The notes below the pieces were generated by a model. The model did no database searches, was not told the origin of the DNA, and was given only the letters and a program-made list of their open reading frames with translations. The translations under genes were made by a program, and so were the position numbers. From Hydrolagus colliei (Eukaryota), in the NCBI GenBank assembly GCA_035084275.1, contig CM068762.1:10416001-10480000 (forward strand): DNA of 64,000 nt, given 5' to 3'. Every line of letters starts with the position of its first letter. Position 1 is the stretch's first letter. Shown here in pieces: positions 37,356 through 48,558 of the stretch.

Positions 37356-37535
37356 GTGGAAGCCGGGCGGCCGGAGAGCGATTGCCGCGGCAACACGGCC
37401 ATGTCTGACATGCCGAACGAACCGTCGACGGACGGACAGGAGAAGCCCAAGTTGAACGGGGAGAACCAGAGCACGGCCTCGGCCACCGGGAACGGGCACC
37501 AGAAAAAAGCGGACGAAACAGACACCGAAGTGTAA
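37356..37535 (+). CDS. cd34: CD34 terminal coding exon (cytoplasmic tail)
   Basis: Acceptor TTGCTCTTTCCAAAG|; encodes VEAGRPESDCRGNTAMSDMPNEPSTDGQEKPKLNGENQSTASATGNGHQKKADETDTEV*. The NGH and terminal DTEV motifs match CD34 NGH...DTEL rather than podocalyxin/endoglycan DTHL. Confidence 0.92.
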   Translation: MEAGRPESDCRGNTAMSDMPNEPSTDGQEKPKLNGENQSTASATGNGHQKKADETDTEV

Positions 37536-39907
37536 TCCACGGGATCGGGAAGCCACGCCAAAAGTTTCTGTTTCCCGCTCGGTTAATTTATGGCTCCGCG
37601 CCGACGGGCGAAACCTGCGGCGTTTCCTCAACGCACCAACCTTGCCGCGGTTTGACGCGGGGCGAGAAGGCGTTGAGAATCGCTGCAGGTTTCGTCCGTT
37701 CCGAGTGCGTGGCTCTAGTTTTGGCTTACGGAAAAGAACGAAAGGGTGATTCAGTTGAAATTGAAGCGTTCCTCGAAAAGCACCAGGGAAAGTATCCTAG
37801 GACTATTCTTTCACCTCCACCTTCCCCCATTCACTCTCCCACCCCACCCCCCCCCCCCCATTTCCCAACCATCCCCCCCCCGCCCCCCACCCCCACCCCC
37901 ACACACACACAACTCAATCAGATGTGCCTTTGTTTTAAAAGCTAAATTTGCACATCGCATGGAGAGCTTTCCAATGGAAACCCAACCCTGAAAACACTGA
38001 ATGGATGGACACATTTTTGTTGGCAAATGGCATGTGTTGTACATAGCTACTGATTTCAATATTCTGTGTAAATTGACGCGTTCCATTATTATTGTGATTC
38101 CATAGACGAAAAGAGCATCTATATCGATATGTCTTGGCCGATCTCCCGCCTTTTGCACGGTCACGCTGCTTTCCAGACTGACACGGAGAAACGTGACCAA
38201 ATGGCTTCTTCCTGTAACGTACCGTTCTATGGCAACGGATGGAAAGAGGGCAATGAAACGTGGTCCCAACCTTTACTGTCGCCTGAAATATCGTTATCGA
38301 AGCCCGTGAAACGTTTTTGTGTAGACTTTATTGTACTCACTGAAAAACTAAAGCAAGAAGGTTAATACAATTGCAGTGTGTGTCAAGTAAACACCTCTTG
38401 ATACAAGGATAACCAGGAACCAGGAATTCTTTAGCTCCTTTGAATAAACTGAGCCATCAGTAACCCACCCTGTTCCTCTTGTATTGATGACAGCTAAGAC
38501 AATAAGCAACAGGATGTAGGTTTGGGGTAGTGAAGGGCAATTTCAGGCCAGAAGATTTTTTTTCTTTGGGTACTCAACTAATCAACAGGAAGAGTGGTTG
38601 AGGCAGGGCACCGGGATTCGTTTACAAAGCAGTCTATTCCTATATCCAAGGAGGACTTGGATGTTCTTGGGGATCAGATAGGCCAAAAAGGGCCTTTCTA
38701 CATCCAAATTAATCTTGTGATCCTGTGTGCAGGAATTCTCCTGCGATTCGATGATATTCTAACATGAACAACAACAAATTACATTTGTATGTCACCCTTC
38801 ATGTCGGGAGGACGTCCCAAGACGCTGGGCTGGACAGGAAAAGGATTTGTACCTGAGCTGGGAATTGGGATCAGGAAGGGTGAGAGTGGTAGGAGGGTAG
38901 GGGTAAGAGGGGTGACCAAAGGCATGGTTGAAGTGGAAGGTTTTAAGATGAACCTTGAAGGGGGCAAGCGAGGGCGAGAGGTGAAGGGACTGTGGGATGG
39001 AGTTCCAGAAGGTGGGTGCAGAGTGGCTTAAGGCTTAGTGGTTGACCCAAGGCCAATGTGGAGAGCTGGAGGGATGAAAAAGGTTTGCATCATTCAGGGA
39101 GGAAGACAGATCAAGGGGGAAGAATATTTTACAGGAATACATTTCTGTTCGACCGTACGTGCGGTGCAAAAGATTTAAGAATTGCTGAATATTGTTCTTC
39201 CCAAACCCAAGCTGAAGTTATGGATGACCGAGAATTCTGAGCCACTTTTCATTTCAAGGCAAAACTGTCCCTCAGAGCTAATACCAGGTGGAATTTCATC
39301 ACCCTTGTCCCCACAAAGGCAGAATTTAATTACCTTTCAAATAAAATGTTGCGGGGTGGTTGGGGTGGGTGGGGGGGGGGGGGGGGGGGAGGGGAGTGGT
39401 GTGGGTGGGTGGGTGGGTGGGGGGAGGAGTTAAAAAGAAATAAAATCTAATCCTGAATACGTTGGAACATTGCGTCCGGGAGATCAAACAATAAGAACAA
39501 TAATGTAGCACAGTGATGTGTTGCTCAAGGAAATGGCGAATTATAGAAACGTAGAATAATTTAACGAAACATATCGCTTCCTTTTACTGACGATATCCTC
39601 TTAAAATGTGAGCATTTAAACCATGAAATAACATTGGTCATATGTGGTATATCAAAGTGTATTATAACAAGGGATTTTCTGTATAAATATTTCTGAATGG
39701 TAAGCTGCCAGGCTGGAGCGTGAGATGCTTTGGGGATTGTCGGCAGATATTTCCTTCAAGAGGAATGTTGGTGATGGGTGGGTGGGGGTGGGGGGGTGGG
39801 GTGAAAGAGGAAGTAAGCAAAATTGTAAAGGGGGTTTTTAATGTGTTCATTTACAGATATTTGTTCTGATATTACGACCAGTTTTGTCAAAATACTGAGA
39901 TGTGGAA

Positions 39908-39943
<36 letters not shown>

Positions 39944-40654
39944 GGGAGAAAAAAATATACATTATGAAATAGTGGGTAAAAATTCCGTTGAGCTCATTTA
40001 GCCTCTTAGCCTCTACGTCGATGTCATTCATTAAATGGGATTCCCTCTCCCTCCATTGTGATGAACGGGGGTTAAGTTTAAGGTTAGGCCAATCTCAGTG
40101 AATCTCAATGGCGTTCCTCGCATCAAACTTGGAAGGGTGGGGAATAAAAAAGCACAAATCATTCCAGCAGCAAACCTTAACTCAACTTTGTGTCTGTCAA
40201 ATGTAACTACAGACTTTACTTTAGCGCGTTCTAAAGTACGAAATTGCACAGCTCTAAATGTTTTAACGTGTAAAAGGGTGAGTCTTTCCGTCTTCCGGGA
40301 ATGCACGTCTGTCTTGTTAAGTCATTTGTCCTCTTTCCCCCCAACCCCTCCACCCCCACCCCACGCCCAAACCGCCACCTCCACCGCCTCCTCGTGATTA
40401 TTTTCTTTCCTGACGCATTGCAAAAAGACAATTTGCATCAGGAGCGTGTGAAAAAAAATTTCACACTTGTCCCGTGGCTTGCCTCGTTAACGGTTTCTCT
40501 GTTGGATTACTGTCTCGGCAATACTGTACTAACACAGTCCAGTGCTTAAAATCTTTTGATGTTTGTCTGTGTCCGTTTCCCCCACCCCTAATCCTCCCCC
40601 ACCTTTCCCCCACCACCCCCAAAAATACACAGTCTATACTTCTAATGTATATAT

Positions 40655-40700
40655 AATAAATACGGTTTAAAACATTAGTTTCTTTTCAAATGTTTGTCCT
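40655..40700 (+). terminator. candidate distal polyadenylation signal for cd34
   Basis: AATAAA ~40655 preceded by TGTA and followed by a T/GT-rich stretch. Alternative AATAAA hexamers at 38443 and ~39339/39439 cannot be excluded. Confidence 0.3.
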
Positions 40701-43559
40701 TCTACACGGCTGATCACGAATCATTAAGACGATTGACGGGGGCACTGCAAGAGAGTGAAATGTCCACACACACGCGCACGCGCAAACACACGGATGGACG
40801 GACGCACACACACACACACACACATGGACGGATGCGCACACACATCCGCGGGTGGGGACACAATCAGTTTCAAGCAAACAATCAGATAATGTAGAGCAGA
40901 ATAAACTGCTTTGCCTTGTACTGAACAGTAGAACCAGAGAACATGGCATGCGATTGAGTGGAGGGTGATGGAGGGTGAGGGGGGAGATTAAACTCAGAAC
41001 AAATCTACGGAAACTCTACTTCAGCCAGCGATTAGTAAACGTTTGGAACAGGCTCTCGAGGGAGACAATCGGTGGAACTGTTGATTCTGTCCAAAATAAA
41101 CTTCTAATAGGAAATCATATCCCAGAATACAATTTATCGCCCACACAAATACTGTCAATTCACTTTACATATTCTGTGAAGCGCTTTGAGATGTGTGGAA
41201 GAATTGTAAAGTACAAGAATTATTATTATCAAATACAAGAATTATCAAATACAAGAATTATTATTATTTATTACTGTATATCTAGTTTGGGACATAATAA
41301 TAGTAATAATAATAATCCTTGCACTTGATATAGTGTTTTCTACGTCTTTTAGACGTCCCAAAGCAATTCAAAAAAGATACTGTGAATTGACTGTATATTT
41401 GTGGGCGAAACGTGGCAGCCAATTGCGCACGGCAGTGTCCCACAAACAGTCGTGGATTGAAAGGACCAATTTTTGGGGGGAGAGATTATTATTGCCAGTA
41501 ATGCGGAGGAAGGAAACTTGCCCGAGGTTTCGCCCTGACCTGGACCGGGAAAAAAATCATACTCTTTAGTACTCCTCCCTCACTGCACAGCCCATGATTT
41601 CCCAGTCAGATCAGTCAGATCGCCAACGTATAAGAATAATAAGAATAATAATTATAATAATCCTCGCGTTTGATATAGCGCCTTATTCTAACCCCTTCTC
41701 AACGACAAAAGCTGCGTTTTCTGCCATGTTACGGATTACTTGGCTACGTTCCTTCTCTCTTCCGAGCAGTATTTGACTTTCCTTCCACCGAAGTTCAAGT
41801 CACAAATACAAAGCGTGCAGTTTTTGTGAGAGAGAGAGAGAGAGAGCAGGTGAGGTATAATCCGAATTCATAAATAACATAGATTTGCATACCTTTGTGG
41901 CAAATTTATGTCAGGGTTAATCCCCAATCACTGATTTAAAATATACTTCTTACCACACGCTGCATTGGGAGCAATACATTTAACAGATTAGATCTCGATC
42001 CATTGTGACCGCCTTGCTCTTTTATTAAGCGAATGAAAGGAAAATTACCAGATCAGATTACTCCCTCTTCACTCCTCTTTCAAACCGCGAGCTTTCTGAC
42101 ACACGCTTTTACAGCCCCGAATTTGCAAATCATTTTGCATTCTGTCGTTGCTTATTTTAGCCCGTTCGAGCGGTTGTGGAGAGGAAATTCAAGGGTTTAA
42201 TGTGACCAAACCGTTTTCTGACTGAGCCATTCTTCAAATGTTTGATTAAAATGTTCGGTTCTATTCTTTACTCGGCGGGTAATTAAAGGACAGTTACGTT
42301 ACCACCTCTCTTCCCTCAGTCTTTATGACTTCCCGTCCCTCTTTTCCGTTTTGTCCTACAAGATACAGAGACGTTTTATTTCACAGAAACTTTGCAAGGT
42401 TATTTTAGACATTTGATCCATTCCCTTTCACTTCAGCCCTTTGGAATTCCATCCCATAGTCCCATCGCCTTGCCCTCTTCCCTTACCCCCTTCGAGGCCC
42501 CTTTCAAGACCCTCTTCTTCGACCGCGCCTTCGGTTACCCTCCTACCCGTACACTCTCTGCCCTCCGCCCGTCCTGATCCCAACCCCGCAGTTTGGGTCC
42601 AAATCCCAAAGGATTATTATCTTTATTCCACGGTGACATTTGCTTCATCAAAAGCTCCAGTTACCATTTGCTTTGAAACGTTCCTTTGCGTTCGTTTTTG
42701 CTGTCGGTGAAACGATTCGGAAATCCGGACAGCCCTCAGGTCTTGGCACGTCCTCCTGACGTGAAAAAGACGGTATCTATCTATACAAGTGGCATTTTAG
42801 TCTTCTTCATGTTGTTGTTGTTGTCGTGAGGTCTGCGTCAGAAAACTGGGAAATTATGTATGAAAGCAGGCCACAAAGTCAGGGTTTGTTGTGCAATCTG
42901 TCTACTGGCGCTAGAAGATCAATAAGCACTAGAGGAACAGACCAAATCAATGTCTCGCCCGCAGTCCAAAAGGCTTTTGGCAAAAATTGATAGCGTTTGT
43001 TTTCTGTTTAAACTCTCCCTCAATAGTGTACTCTCTGGCTCCTTTGTTTACCTATATAAATATTTATCCCTTTCTTTCCTGGCCCCGCACCCCACCCCAC
43101 CCCCCACCCCCCACTCACCCCCCACTATGCAAAACACAAAATGTTTGTTCCACAGTCAGAGACTGTTCACGGCTGTGCCTCAGCGAAACGTTCGCACACC
43201 CACTGCCGAGTTTACCTGCTTTATTTCTGACTGGCATTCCAACAATCTGTTAGTCAGAGCTGTTGATATTGAACCCCCATTCCCCTCTCCCCGGGTTCGA
43301 CAAAAACAGAGAGCGTTTTTGTGCTTCTGACTGCTGTGTGCTGCGAAGGGGGTGGGGGGGGGGGGGGGGGGGGATGTGGAAGTGGGACTTGTAGGTGGGG
43401 TGTGAGGTTGACTCGTTGGTCACCGTGTTTTTTTAAAAGGATTTCGAAAGCCAACTCGCCCCAATGCTTTTAATCAGAGGAATCTTCGCGCATTTGAAAC
43501 AGCACCTGATCGCATCGCTGAGGCGTCTCAGAGCGCTTCGCAGTATGTATACCGTGAAG

Positions 43560-44527
43560 TAGGGAACGGCGATATGGGAATTTTCCGGATATGGATATAT
43601 CGGTCGGCTCATATCGAGATATACCGAAATATCGATATTTTAGTTTTTTTCGTACTGCGCATGCGCGCGCGCATTGGAGCGCGCGCGCATTCCGGGTGCA
43701 CGCGCATTCGGGGCCTATCTTCTCAGGAGGTAAATATCTTTCTCTCTCTGTGTCTCTCACTCTCTCCATCTCTGTGTTTTTCTGTCTGTGTCTCTCTGTG
43801 TCTCTCTCCCTCTCTCCTCTCTCACATCCCCCCCCATCTCTATCTATCTGTATATTATCACATCCACCCCGTCTCTCCCCCCCACCCCCCACCGTCTCTT
43901 TCTCCCTCTCCCCCCAGCCGTCTCTCTCCCCCTCTCCTCCCCAGCCGTCTCTCTCCCCCTCTCCCCCCCAACCATCTCTCTCCCCCTCTCCCCCCCAGCC
44001 GTCTCTCTCCCCCTCTCCCCCACAGCCGTGTCTCTCCTCCTCTCCCCCCCCAGCCGTCTCTCTCCCCTCTCCCCCCGCCCAGCCGTCTATCTCCCCCTCC
44101 CCCCAGCCGTCTCTCTCCCCCTCTCCTCCCCCCCCACCAGCCGTCTCTCTCCCCCTCTCCCCCCCCCAGCAGTCTCTCTCCCCCTCTCCCACCCCCAGTC
44201 GTCTCTCTCCCCCTCCCCCCCCCCCCCAGCCGTCTCTCTCCCCCTCACCCCGCCCCCCACCCACAGCCGTCTCTCTCCCCCCACCCCTTGCATACCTGTA
44301 TATTGTATTCGAGGACCATGAATACAAGATGGCGGCTTTGCACCTCGGTCTGTGCATTGTGTATAGAGATGAGCATTCTGGGTCTTGTAGTTGATTGTGC
44401 TCGCATCCCGATTTTTTACCTCAATATATCGTTTTTCGATATACCGATATTTTAATGTCTATATCGGCATATCGATATGAAAATCATATCGGTTTTTAGC
44501 GATATACCGATATATCGCCGTTGCCTA
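43560..44527. mobile_element. non-autonomous hAT DNA transposon (MITE)
   Basis: 16-bp TIRs TAGGGAACGGCGATAT / ATATCGCCGTTGCCTA (1 mismatch); perfect 8-bp TSD CCGTGAAG (43552-43559, 44528-44535); subterminal CGATAT repeats; splits a SINE tail. Confidence 0.93.
43870..44285 (+). repeat. C/T-rich minisatellite inside the hAT MITE
   Basis: About 16 copies of a ~22-28 bp unit CAGCCGTCTCTCTCCCCCTCTCCCCCC; source of the spurious 267-295 aa Pro- or Gly-rich ORFs. Confidence 0.9.
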
Positions 44528-45330
44528 CCGTGAAGCGAATCAACTTGTATATTTCCTGGGCGAAACACAGCAGCCAATTACGCACAGCCATTCGGGATCC
44601 ATTGAGACAGGTGAACAAGAGTTCGAGGCGTTAGATGTTGCAGAGGGCAATTTCAGGACAGAGACCAGGAAATATTTCTTTGCCTAGAGGGGGTAACAAA
44701 CACCTGGGACAGGATCGGCAGGAAGTTCGGTTGAGGCCACAGACCCATTTAAAAAACAACTTGATGCTGTGGAGGAGGAGACGAATAGGGTGGGTGGTTT
44801 GTAAGGATGAAATCGGACGGGGTTGAAAGGCTAAACAGATCTTATGATGTCGCAGTAAATCTAAGGAAAATCAAATGCTTCTCTCATTTGTGGACAGATT
44901 TATACATTCCATCTATGTTACTTTATGTTGCTTAGTTAGTTAGTTTCTGCGGAGCCTATCTGTTTGTTGCTAGCTTTTTATAACGTAGTCAAAACCCAGC
45001 ACACTCACTCTTTTAATCTCCTCTCAATCAGAACAACTCCCATCACAGTACAGTATTTATTTGTCTGTGTGTCTGTGTGTGTGCGGCTGTTAATAGTTGA
45101 GCTACTCAGCTAACATGTGCTGCCCTCCTCTGGATAACCCATGTAGCAGCAATCTCTACCTTATTATTAATGATATACAGTACCGCAGATTTTATCATGT
45201 CTTCGAGAATGTCTCAAAGTGTTTCACAGAAATACACTGTAAATTTAAGTAGGATTATTTTGCACTTATTTGTCTTCCAATTAGAGAATTTCTCGGGCAA
45301 GGGAGAGAAGAGGATGAGTTATTGATATAA

Positions 45331-45592
45331 CAATAATTCTTGCATTTGATACAGCACTTTTCACATCTTCTAGACGTCTGTCTCAAAGCGCTTCACAGAA
45401 TATACTGTAAAGTGAATTGACTGTATATTTGTGGGCGAAAATGTAACAGCCAATTGCGGATTTACGTGACCCATTTTATTACTATGGTTTTTTTTGAGGG
45501 ATTATTAGATTTCGTCTTGACCTGGCTGGATTCGAACCTCAGGTCTCACGCTTGTTAAGACGAGTGCTCTCACCACTGAGCCACAGGGCTCC
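45331..45592 (-). mobile_element. tRNA-derived SINE
   Basis: Reverse family consensus. Further - strand copies at ~17710-17960, 41300-41545 and 55597-55945; dozens of tail-only fragments across the window. Confidence 0.85.
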
Positions 45593-47323
45593 ACTTGTTA
45601 TTTTTGCTCCCAAACGTTTCGTGTTTTAGTTGAAAAGAAACAAGGTTGGGTGTTTGTGTAAAAAAAAATCAATGTTGGCTGTAGAATGATTAATATTCCA
45701 ATTAATAATCCATCCACAAACCTTGAAATTACAACAAAAAGTGCTGTGTATTGGTATATTGGAATGATGTAGCTCTGTTGGGAGGTACGCGTTACCTCAT
45801 TTGTGGGTAAACCTTGGGCTGGGTTTCCTTACTCCTGATCATAATCTTTCCAGAAAAAAAGAAGAAGAAAGCGTTCATTTCGATTCACGGCTGCTTGTTG
45901 GAAGAGTGACTCGCAGATTAGAAAGAGATGCATGACAGAGGTTGACTTGTAAAGTTTGCATTAGAGGATTGAGAGAATCTACATTGCGTTTGCGTGGATC
46001 GAATAGCGTTACACGGTGTCGGAAGTGAGAGCAGAATCTGGAGTGAAACTGACTACGAGAGGGAATAATGGATTGAAAAGCAAAAAGCAGAGAGAAGCAG
46101 AATTAAATGCAGATACCAAGAGCATTGAAACTGTTTGGAAGTCTAAGGCACAGTTGGCAATGGTTTTGAAAGAGACAGTCTGCGATGTTTTTGGACGGAG
46201 CAGGCGAGGAAACGAGGGTGTATTTTGCAACCCTAGAAAGAGAGGTTCAATGGACGTGCCATTGAACGAGACGATGGATATCACGAGAGAAAGAGCTTGT
46301 GGAAAAGATAATGTGATAATTGAGCGATTTAAGTTTGGAACACAGAATCACTCAATCAGTACTGTGCAGGACTGAGAAGACAAAGTAAAAATTGCAACTG
46401 CAGAACATGAAGCGACAAAATGATTCGTGACCAGATACTAGTTGGCATAAAGGGTATAAAATGAAGAGGAAAACTTTTTTGGGGAAAAAAGGTGGGAATG
46501 GAGATAATAAGGATGGAAGAGATGACAAAAATAGATACGAGAGAGATGGAGAAAGAAACAGAAATGGTAAATAGATGAAGAGTGGGTTACAACAACAACG
46601 ACGACAACAACTCGGATTTAGGACATCACATGAGGAGCCATCAGTGCAAAAGACATGGACATTATTACTGCAAGGTTATGGAGGAATAGACAAGAACACA
46701 GAGGGAGATACGGCAGCTATAAAGCACGAGAACAAAGCCAAACAGAAAGAAGAGCGTACAAGGGGATCGAATAACCTGAGCAATCGGCTGCCACGTTTCG
46801 CCCACAAATGTGCAGCCAATTCGCTTTGCCGTATATATTCTGCGAAGCGCCTCGGGACGCCCGGAAGACGTGAAAAGCGCAATATCAAATGCAAGGTTGG
46901 CTTCTGTTAAATTATGGATGGCACAGAACGATGCGCGACAGAAGCAATGATGTACGGTTTTGAAATCGACGAGTTTGCTTTCTGCCCAGGAGGCATTAGT
47001 TTGGTGGTGGAGTGTGATGTGTGTGTGTGTGTGTGTGTGTGGGAGCGGGGGTGGGGATCAAGGGGTGGTGGTGGAGAGATTTGTTAAGAAACTTACACAG
47101 CATGGCTTTGACAATAAGGCCCTCATTTAGCCAGAGAACACACAATCACAAAACGTTTCGTGCTAGGGACAGATTACTGAGGGCTACTTACATACAAGCA
47201 TCAGGTCATGCCCCTGCTGTGTGAATGCAGCCAGCCAGCGGGTTTGATCCAGCCTCTCTCCTCACAGGACCTCTTAAACGTTCCGAGCTTTCAAGCTCTC
47301 CAGGTGAACCTATTGGAGAGAGT

Positions 47324-47355
<32 letters not shown>

Positions 47356-47644
47356 CAAAACTACTGTATTCAATTGCTCTGATGTTGAAAGTGAACTTGG
47401 ACTGTAATGTCAGCTGGGAGCGAGCTGTACAGTTGCAAGCAAATGAAGTCCCAGGCCTTTCACAAAGGCGTAGCAGTTATCTGTAACACGATGGGAGTAC
47501 TGCATTGTTGGCCTTGCTGTCGTTTGGATAAGGAACTGAACCCAGGTCCCATTTGCCTGTTAGCACCGATGTTACACTATTGGAAAAGCGAAGGGAGTTT
47601 CCTCTCCCGGTTTCCTGGTTAATAATCCTCCAAATGTACACTCG

Positions 47645-47718
47645 ATTCACTCTATTCACTATATATATTCACTATATTTATTCACTATATTTATTCACTA
47701 TATTTATTCACTGTATTT
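47645..47718 (+). repeat. 13-bp tandem repeat (TTATTCACTATAT) expanded within a SINE tail
   Basis: About 5 copies at the attcacttta position of the SINE consensus. Confidence 0.85.
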
Positions 47719-48075
47719 CTGTGAAGCGCTTTGAGACGTCGATGAGATGTGAAAAGCGCTATATCAAATGCAAGGATCATTCTTATTAAATTAAAAGTTG
47801 TCCATTTCACCGCTTCACGGTGAAATATTGCCGCTCAAATTGGCTGCTTTCCACCGATACATACACAAACAGTCCCATTGACAGCAAATCCTGCCAAGCG
47901 CTTTGAGGCATCTCAATGACGTGATGAATTGGTTGCGAAGTTGTGAGGCGTCTTATCAAAATGCAAGGATTAGTATTATTATTATTATTATTATTATAAG
48001 GAGCTCTATTAAATGCAAGGATTATTGATATATTGCTATAAGTTTAAGTAGAATAGCCTTTTCACAAACAAAAAT

Positions 48076-48275
48076 NNNNNNNNNNNNNNNNNNNNNNNNN
48101 NNNNNNNNNNNNNNNNNNNNNNNNNNNNNNNNNNNNNNNNNNNNNNNNNNNNNNNNNNNNNNNNNNNNNNNNNNNNNNNNNNNNNNNNNNNNNNNNNNNN
48201 NNNNNNNNNNNNNNNNNNNNNNNNNNNNNNNNNNNNNNNNNNNNNNNNNNNNNNNNNNNNNNNNNNNNNNNNNNN
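48076..48275. other. assembly gap
   Basis: Run of exactly 200 N, probably a placeholder length. Confidence 1.
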
Positions 48276-48517
48276 TTGGAAGTTGTTTACCTTGCTCTCT
48301 CTCACTGCGTCTCCACCTTGGCGGCCAGCCAAGAGCTCGCTTGTGATCGACTGACTTCCTGGTTGTGCTGCATCATCATCTGGGTGTCCTCATGTGTTAT
48401 TGGCCGAGGAATGCCTTGCCTAGCCTTGCCCAGCCTCTCCGGTGACTGGCTCGACGGCAAAGCTGTCGGCGCAAACCTTTTCCTGGTTTGTCGAGGCAAT
48501 AACAACTGCTGGAGTTT

Positions 48518-48558
<41 letters not shown>

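Noticed and set aside
36095-37535. Alternative call as podocalyxin or endoglycan
   Set aside because: SWSP after the TM, NGH and terminal DTE-x match CD34; the paralogues end DTHL and have longer tails.
37536-40700. miR-29 seed site (TGGTGCT) in the putative cd34 3' UTR
   Set aside because: None seen by eye, so there is no support for a local feedback loop.
43870-44285. Repeat arrays superficially like CRISPR (also 9545-9870, 47645-47718)
   Set aside because: No unique spacers, no cas genes, eukaryotic context; ordinary minisatellites.
43470-44455. Longest ORFs in the track (295, 293, 267 aa)
   Set aside because: They are translations of a stop-free C/T minisatellite inside the hAT MITE; no transposase or other domain.
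46009-46375. 119-aa purine-rich ORF
   Set aside because: No splice context or recognisable motif; probably decayed repeat sequence.
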